This document shows, one piece after another, positions 56,273 to 64,000 of a DNA stretch of 64,000 nucleotides. The notes under the pieces are model-generated. The model did not search any database. It saw only the letters and a list, made by a program, of their open reading frames with translations, and was not told where the DNA came from. The stretch comes from Octopus vulgaris (Eukaryota): NCBI GenBank assembly GCA_951406725.2, contig OX597824.1, positions 1,612,001 through 1,676,000 on the forward strand, in the 5' to 3' direction. Position 1 is the first letter of the stretch, and every line of letters starts with the position of its first letter. A program made the position numbers and the translations under genes.

Positions 56273-56399
56273 ATTGAAAGAGAGGGACACTTTATTCAAT
56301 TAGTAACAGTCCAGTAACTGTTTATTTAGTCTGTCAATAGAAGGGAGATAACATTCTGTTAATATATATGCAAGATTATGATATGCTTCGCAGATTAAT

Positions 56400-56560
56400 A
56401 ATTCTTTCAACCTGAAATTATGGGTGAGGGGACAATGACAATCCATAACATCAACTCATTGCTCAACAAGCAACTAGCATTTATTTTATCAACCTCCAAT
56501 GGATGAAAGACAAGTAAGACCTCCATGTAATTTGAACTCTGTACGTAAAGACGGAAGAAC
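56400..56560 (-). mobile_element. Old Meta-like SINE
   Basis: TTTTATCAACCTCCAATGGATGAAAG..GACCTCC..ATTTGAACTC. Confidence 0.55.
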
Positions 56561-57782
56561 TTCAGAAATAAATAATACTAACTATTGTATGGAATTTCAA
56601 CAGGCGCTCTATATATTTTGTCTGTTTTCTAACGTGAGAGCAGATAAAATATTGATTTGAGAGGCTGATTCCTAGCCATAAATTCGCAAGGAAGCTGTAG
56701 AAAGTCAAATGAATGGAACACGGTATATGAGTGGTACTTTATAAGCGTTGGAAGTATTGAAGATAAATAAGATATTTGGCGTGTAATTGCATGCGAATAT
56801 ATTGTGAAAGGCTTTTATCTGGTGCTTTATGGTATTTAATCTCTACAAAGTAGATCTATAATTAAGTAATATATAAACTGACCATTTGTGGCTGTGAATA
56901 ACACTGCTCAGCGGGTTATTTATAATAGTTAATATTAAAGTTTTCTGATCTGGAAACGAGACGTAATTTATTTTTGTCTCCTCCATGACAATCAATAACT
57001 TGGTTTCAGAAGTGAATTCAATAAAATATGATTTCCCCCCAAAGAATTTAATCGCAGAATAATGTGGAGTTTATTTATTTAATTCAATTTAACTCGACCA
57101 ATAAGACATTTTCTAACCAAGGAATTAAAGAAAATTAAAAGATGTAAATATGTGTACAATACACCTACGATCTGAGAATATTATAAATCGGATTCGCTTT
57201 TTTTAATAGAGCAGTTTCACATTATACTTGCAATAAGAAAGCAGACAATGTGTGGTGTGTGTGAGAAAGGGAGAGTCTGATGGAGAGAGAGGGAGAAGAG
57301 AGAAGGATATACAGAGAGCGAGAGAGCGCGGTACGATAGGTGGAGAGGTTGGCAGAAAGAGGAGTATACAACCATGAAGACAGTTTTCTGACATAAAACA
57401 TATTATCTCAAGCGTTGACACAGTTACACAGCCAAGAGTATTGCTTTTGCTTGCATTCCTTTGAGCAGTCTCTTTGTTTTGTCTGTAGCAGAGATCATTA
57501 TATTGCAAATATTGTGGGGAAAATTGTTTTTGCTCACCCATGATTTTTTTCTCGCTAATATCGATCTTCAGACATAGTGATTGGTCAGTGTCCACTACAA
57601 TTTCCTTTGTCTGGCTGCCCCTTCAAAGTTGCAATGAAATGCACTCACGTGCTTGTGTACCTCATATACAGCAGGGATTCCTAGAACGGCTTAACACAGC
57701 GTTTCGACTCAGATGAGCAACGCCAGTATTAGGGGAATGAGCAGTATTTCTGAGTTAAAGAATATAACGATTCGTATGGGAT

Positions 57783-57814
<32 letters not shown>

Positions 57815-58055
57815 ACACACACACATAGACACACACACACATACACACTCTTAAGTATATATATTTGTATGTATGTATGTCTCGACATTTATGGAGCAAT
57901 AACAGAGATTCTAATCGTTTTATTATAAAATGTTTTCATATTGAAATCTATTTTTGTATTTTTCCATATAGCGACCTACCCAAACAGGAATACTATCAAA
58001 TGAAGTCAAAGCAATTCTTTATAATCTAAGAAGTTTGCTATGACAAAATCAGTAT

Positions 58056-58180
58056 TTTATTATTATTATTATCATTATTATTATTGCTGTTGTTGTTGTT
58101 ATTATTGTTGTTATTATTATTATTATTGTTGTTGTTGTTGGTATTATTATTATTATTATTATTATTGTTATTATTATTAC

Positions 58181-58220
<40 letters not shown>

Positions 58221-58285
58221 GTTATCATTATCATTATTATTATTACTTTTAGTATTATTATTATTGTTATTATTATTATTATTAC

Positions 58286-58346
<61 letters not shown>
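58056..58346. repeat. (TAT)n/(TGT)n trinucleotide repeat
   Basis: Visible array; source of the poly-L/Y/N ORFs. Confidence 0.95.
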
Positions 58347-58347
<1 letters not shown>

Positions 58348-59751
58348 CTTTTTGTTAATTCACAATTGATTACTTTCTCTAAAAGAAAGAAATTAGTTTG
58401 AAAATGTTGCAAAGTCTTTGTCGGTAAATGTTGAAAGTATGTACAATGGAAATGGATTAGTATTTTGCCGAGCGAAAAATTGAGGAGAAAATATTAAGTA
58501 CCAGTATTATTATACATTCTAAAAAAACAAAACAGAATAAATAAAACAAAATAAAATAGAATGAACAAGTGAAATTAAAAGACTTTAAAATGGTTTCTAA
58601 AATCGGTGTTTCTAAATTAATAAAATAATAATTAAAAACAAAATAAAAAGAAACAAGCATTAACTACTTGCTGGAGATTTCGATTGAAATACGTTCAATA
58701 AAATTTTAAACATTATACCGCTTCGTGAATGAGATTCCAGAGAAATTGCATTTAACAAATCTAATTTATTTTAAAACACAAGTAATAGTGATTGCAAGGC
58801 AAACCACTATAGAGAAATGTTATTTGATTTGAATTCAATTTTATTTCCACACTCGGTTTAATGTTAATTGTGAAAGAAGGCGGTTTTAGATGCTACGCAA
58901 TGCCAGACATCCGACGAAATGCAAGAGACTGTATAGTCACTTCCCTTACTAGAAATACCAGTCAAATGCAACCCTCTTCGGTAGGTCGTCCTGCTATTGT
59001 GAATAAGGAAATAAATTCAGACAATATTCTCCTGTATACTAAAATGGGAAGCTTCTCATTACACGAACGATTTTATCGTTAATTGTTTTCGATGTAGTCA
59101 GGCGAAGACTTATGCATGTTTATCGTCCAATATGTGGGTTCGTGCTGAAAAAATGGGTTCGTTCTCGCTACGTTCATTCCAAATAGACGTATATAAGTAT
59201 GTGGGGAGGGGGTTATTAAGCAATATAATTAGGAAAACCGCACTACACAAGACACAGACAGACACACACACACACATAATAGATATGTTGTAGTCTAGCG
59301 GAGAGAATCAGGCTCCAATATCTTCAAGTTATGTTCCTCCGCATTCGTTTTTCCTCTGCTTCCGTGTGTGTGCGTGTGTGCATTTATCTTTTAAATTTGT
59401 TTATGGAAAATTTTTGAACATGCAAACAGGGCCCCTACTCCATTATAGTCGCCACAGTCTAATGATCCTGACCGGTGAACCCATTTTTGGGGGGTTGCAT
59501 CAAACTGTATATAATGTAGAATAAATATAGTAACAAAAACAATCCTTGGATGGGATTGATAAACATTTGATTGCATTAAAATATCTATAAATTCCATCCA
59601 AGGATTATTTTTATTATTACTATATGTGTGTGTGTGTGTGTGTATGTCCGTGCGCGCGCGCATGTGTGTGCATGTGTGTGTGTATACATGAACTTATTTA
59701 TAACTGACTGAAATGGCGACTGTGGAAGAGAAGATAAAACTGCGTTTTATA

Positions 59752-59959
59752 CACGGTTGGCCAAAAGTCATTCGACAGTAAATCAAAGTTCCATAAATAC
59801 TTTCTGTAATTCCGTATGGGAAAACATCAGTTTGAACAATTTTTATCATGTTTCATATTTTTAGATGCTTTTATTGAATTCATTCAGTTCATAAACATAA
59901 AATAAATCTTGGAGTTAAATGGTTTTGATTTACTGTCTGGTGACTTTTGGCCAACCCTG
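59752..59959. mobile_element. Tc1/mariner-type MITE (208 bp)
   Basis: TA|CACGGTTGGCCAAAAGTCATTCGACAGTAAATCAAA ... TTTGATTTACTGTCTGGTGACTTTTGGCCAACCCTG|TA. Confidence 0.88.
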
Positions 59960-60159
59960 TATGCGACAAAATTGAATTCTGTAACGGTTATGAATTAATC
60001 CAAACTGGAGTAAAAGCTGCACGTTATGAAAAAATGAATTAAAAGTTAGATGGGACTGATTAAAGCAGAACGGTGGAGGAGACGAGACGACCATTGATTT
60101 TGTAACATCCGATATTTTCTGCAAATCTTGTGATTTCGACAGATCTTGTGATAGTCAAC

Positions 60160-60232
60160 TGTTGCCGAACACCCTCGTAAGGGCTCGGTATGTATTTTAA
60201 TCCTCAGCCGCTCACTCGGGTGTTCGGCAACA
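60160..60232. repeat. GC-rich hairpin, 15-bp perfect stem with 43-nt inner segment
   Basis: TGTTGCCGAACACCC ... GGGTGTTCGGCAACA. Confidence 0.8.
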
Positions 60233-60431
60233 ATCATAGAGTTTGCTGTCGATCCAAGTAAAATACCGAGATTCGTCCACTCAATGGAAACAACTACAGA
60301 TTCATAAGAAATAGACATTTCCAGTTGTATTTTGGGATTTTATGGTGTATGATTTGCACACGCACATACACACCACAGCCATACACACGCACACACATAG
60401 GCATACATACATATATATATATATATGCACA

Positions 60432-60524
<93 letters not shown>

Positions 60525-60774
60525 CAAAGAAATTCCAACTCTGTCTGTTTTTTATGTTTTAATTATATTCTTTATAATATTAATGTAGAATTTAGAATAT
60601 ATAGTATAAATAATATATAGATGTAAAATGAAATGAAGTATTGATTGTCTTATTGAATAGATGAAATGTTGAATATCAAATATTAAGGGACTAGTATACC
60701 TTCTTGCATTATAGCAGTCTTCAAGGTCCCAGGTTGTGGCAGGAGTGTTTCAACTGTATAACTGTATATATATA

Positions 60775-61290
60775 TTGATGGTCTGGGGAGCTATTTGGAG
60801 CAATGGTCATTCAAAGCTGGTGGAGTGTGATGGAAACATAACCTCGGATAAATATGCGTCCATAATGCAGGAAGGACGCATTCCAATCTTCTCCAGTGGT
60901 GAAATGGTTGAAGAAAACCCTTCATTTATGGGAGATGGGGCTCCTTTCCACACGATTAAAAAGAGCCAAGAATGTTCTTTTTTTGTTTTAAGTTTATTTT
61001 AAGTTTCAGCTCAGAGTTGCGGCCATGCTGATGCACCGCAGTTTTTCGCTTTTGGTTGGAAAAGAATGGCATTAAAACACTTCTATGGCCAAGCCAGTGA
61101 GCAGATGTGAGCCTTATTGAACACTTCTGGGGCATAATGGACATGCCACTTCAAAGCCAGATCTTTTGAGAATGCTTCATGAAATTGAGGAAGAAATTCC
61201 CCAAGAGAATATTCGTCATCCGATCAGTAGCATGCCTTATAGGACCCTTGTATTGAAAAATGCAAAGGGTATGTCTACTAAATATTAGAT
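60775..61290 (+). mobile_element. Tc1 (DD34E) transposase remnant
   Basis: LMVWGAIW..G.ITSDKY..FMGDGAPFHT, then WLEKNGIKTLLWPSQ*ADVSLIEHFWG and NAKGMSTKY*. About 75 bp inserted at 60975-61050. Confidence 0.8.
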
Positions 61291-61391
61291 AATCACATTA
61301 TAATAATTAGTAAATAATTTGAATGTATAATCTCAGATTTAAATAAATTTTAATGATTATGTCCGTATATATCTACATCTATCTCTTTAGA

Positions 61392-61495
<104 letters not shown>

Positions 61496-61582
61496 TGTGT
61501 GTGTGTATACATATGGACTTATGAACTACTATAAACACACGCATCATACCAACATCATCCCGCCCCATACTGTAGCGAAAGG

Positions 61583-61643
<61 letters not shown>

Positions 61644-62416
61644 GTGTGTGTGTGTGTGTTTCGAATTACTAATTATTTCAAACTCACATGATACTATTAA
61701 TTTCTAATTTCGTGAGTGATATCATTGAACAAAATTCTTTTGAAAACTATTTTTGCATATTTGTAAATTTGTAATTAGCGTGTTCGAAAGTTCACTAATC
61801 AGAATGCATTCATTTTAGGAATTGAAAGATTGCTATACATATGCTTTCATTATTGAATACACATTAATTTCATTATTTGGCTCGGGTGTTTGGCAAGGAA
61901 ACATTCTCCAATAAACAGTGCTGGTAAAAGCTGTGTAATACAGTAATGCCTTCATTGTTGAAGACGTATTACTTTAAATATTTGAATTGGGAAATTTACT
62001 TGAAGAATTTCTGCAAAATAAGGAAATTTTAAGAAAAAAAGGTGTGTTTCAGTTTTTACAGCTCTGCTATTAAAAATATCAAACTTCGTAGAATTAATAA
62101 AAGAAATCGATATTAAAATTTTAAGAGTATGAGGCATGCATGATCAAAATCTCATTCCGGAAATTATTCGGTGAATAATATGGAAAATTACAAAAAAAGG
62201 TATGTTTGTATATGTAAACAACCCCCTCTCTATTTGACTGTCTATCTATCGTTCCCACTCTCACCCACCGAATACATACATACATGCATACATACATGCA
62301 TTCACAATCTAATATTGAATAAAGAAGGATTAATAAAAATAAATCAATACAAATTATGCAAGATGTTAAGTAGAGAGCTTTCTTCACACGCGCATGAAGA
62401 TACGATCTATCTATTG

Positions 62417-62481
<65 letters not shown>

Positions 62482-62499
62482 TTCTTTCAAATTTTTGCA

Positions 62500-62660
62500 C
62501 ATGACCAGCAATTTTGAGGAAGGTCACACGTTAATAGATATAGATATATGTACTTTGTTGTAATTTATTTTATCGATAACGAAATGATGGGGGCGGAGAG
62601 ATTGACGTGGGCAGGATTTTGAACCCAGAATCTAAAGAGTCGGAAGAAGTGCCGCTTAGG
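62500..62660 (-). mobile_element. Old Meta-like SINE next to (TAA)n
   Basis: TTTTGCACATGACCAGCAATTT..TTTTATCGA..GATTTTGAACCCAGAA. Confidence 0.5.
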
Positions 62661-63583
62661 GGTTTTTCTAAAGCCCTATACTTTCACCCAAGACTTGGAA
62701 GATGGCTAGTCAATCGCTCTTACAATATGTTGGATTTGAATCTTAGATGATAGACAAAAGTTATAACTTACTCTGCGCATCCAACTGGTTAAATGCATAT
62801 GCGCCACGGCTCTTCCATCGACAACAAAGAGGTCATCTCAAAGAGGCAACTGTACATCATTGGCTTATAATTATAAATGGTTGTACAACAGCAACACCAC
62901 TCAATGAGTTTCTTACTTTAGTACATGAAAGACGAAGTGAAATGACCTGTAATCACATAAAAACACAGGTCTTACTTCACAGAATCCGACTCCTAGAAGG
63001 AGGCTGAGACAACAAATAGGGATCCAACACTCACGGTATTTTTATTACAAAACCTGACACCAATGAAGAGCAATCATGCGTGCCTGGGTTCAAATGGATT
63101 ATCATTACATATGCTAGTTAACCCAAAAGAGGGATCCTAATTTGGGTGAGAGAAAACCTAGGAACAATAGAGGCAAAGGGATGCTCCCCACATCTCAAAC
63201 TGGAAGATATGAACCGTAACCTCACAACAGGACGCAGTTTAATGTCATACCTACATACCTACCTACCCACCTACCTACCTATATATATGTGTGTGTGTGT
63301 GTGTGCATGTATGTATATTTATGTAGTCATTGATTGAAATGCAACTTTCTTGAGGCTCCTATAAAGTTGTCCAGTATCGTAAGACCTACCTTCCAACATT
63401 GCCAAGAAAATAAATATACTGAAGTCTCTGGACACAAACAACTTTGATGATGCTTCACTAAATCAAGTGGCGGAAAGAATCATTTGAGCAGTATTACGTC
63501 AAGGTAAAAATAATATTCTCTGAGAACTCTTTATACATAAATAAATATACATACATGCATATATATGTGTGTTTGTAAGTGTA

Positions 63584-63616
<33 letters not shown>

Positions 63617-64000
63617 GACGTCTTATGGGAGGACTTGACACATTCACTTATTGGCTTAGAGATACTTGAACTTCGTGCAGATATTGATATTAATTTTAGT
63701 CACTGGACACTTTGCTAAGGATATTATATACTTATTATGCAGGCCACTGAGTGGATATATAAGAAGTGCATAAGTACATTTAACCTTATGTAGATACCGA
63801 CATGTTCATAAATAAACGCCTCTTAGTACGTATGTCTTTAAAGCACGTAGAGAGAGGCGGAAACTGTAATCTATCTATCTGTCTGTCTATTTGTCTATCT
63901 ATCTATCTGTATGTCTATCTATCTATCTATCTATCTATCTATGTTTTTTTCATCCCCCAAAAGAAAAGCTCTACCTTGTAACTTGTCCCATCTGTGTGCA

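Noticed and set aside
58038-58412. Poly-N/L/Y ORFs
   Set aside because: (TAT)n repeat.
62690-63240. Possible LINE remnant
   Set aside because: Composition is suggestive but no diagnostic motif could be read with confidence.

Overview
AT-rich, repeat-dominated eukaryotic DNA with no host protein-coding exon, rRNA, intact tRNA or CRISPR array that I can support. It looks like a large intron or intergenic region. The dense (TA)n/(CA)n/(GA)n/(TAA)n microsatellites and the SINE families (Meta-domain and CORE-like tRNA-derived SINEs) suggest a coleoid cephalopod, probably Octopus (inference). Identifiable content: one full-length but inactivated mariner (8171-9422, TA TSD, 27-bp TIRs); two long-TIR mariner derivatives; maT and Tc1 remnants; a Tc1/mariner MITE family; a non-autonomous Helitron (46978-47483); Dong/R4 and CR1/L2-type LINE fragments; many Penelope-like (PLE) remnants, some with GIY-YIG or RT pieces, inverted ends and hammerhead-ribozyme-like motifs; more than a dozen SINEs, including nested and inverted pairs with TSDs; a near-identical 2.7-kb direct duplication (28150-30825 / 31803-34483); several strong palindromes; and a 100-N gap. 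Most ORFs in the track are microsatellite artefacts. The best leads are the PLE-associated hammerhead motifs, a tRNA-like Pol III module inside a PLE terminus, the 2.7-kb duplication, and a few unexplained hairpins. Boundaries of degenerate elements are approximate.
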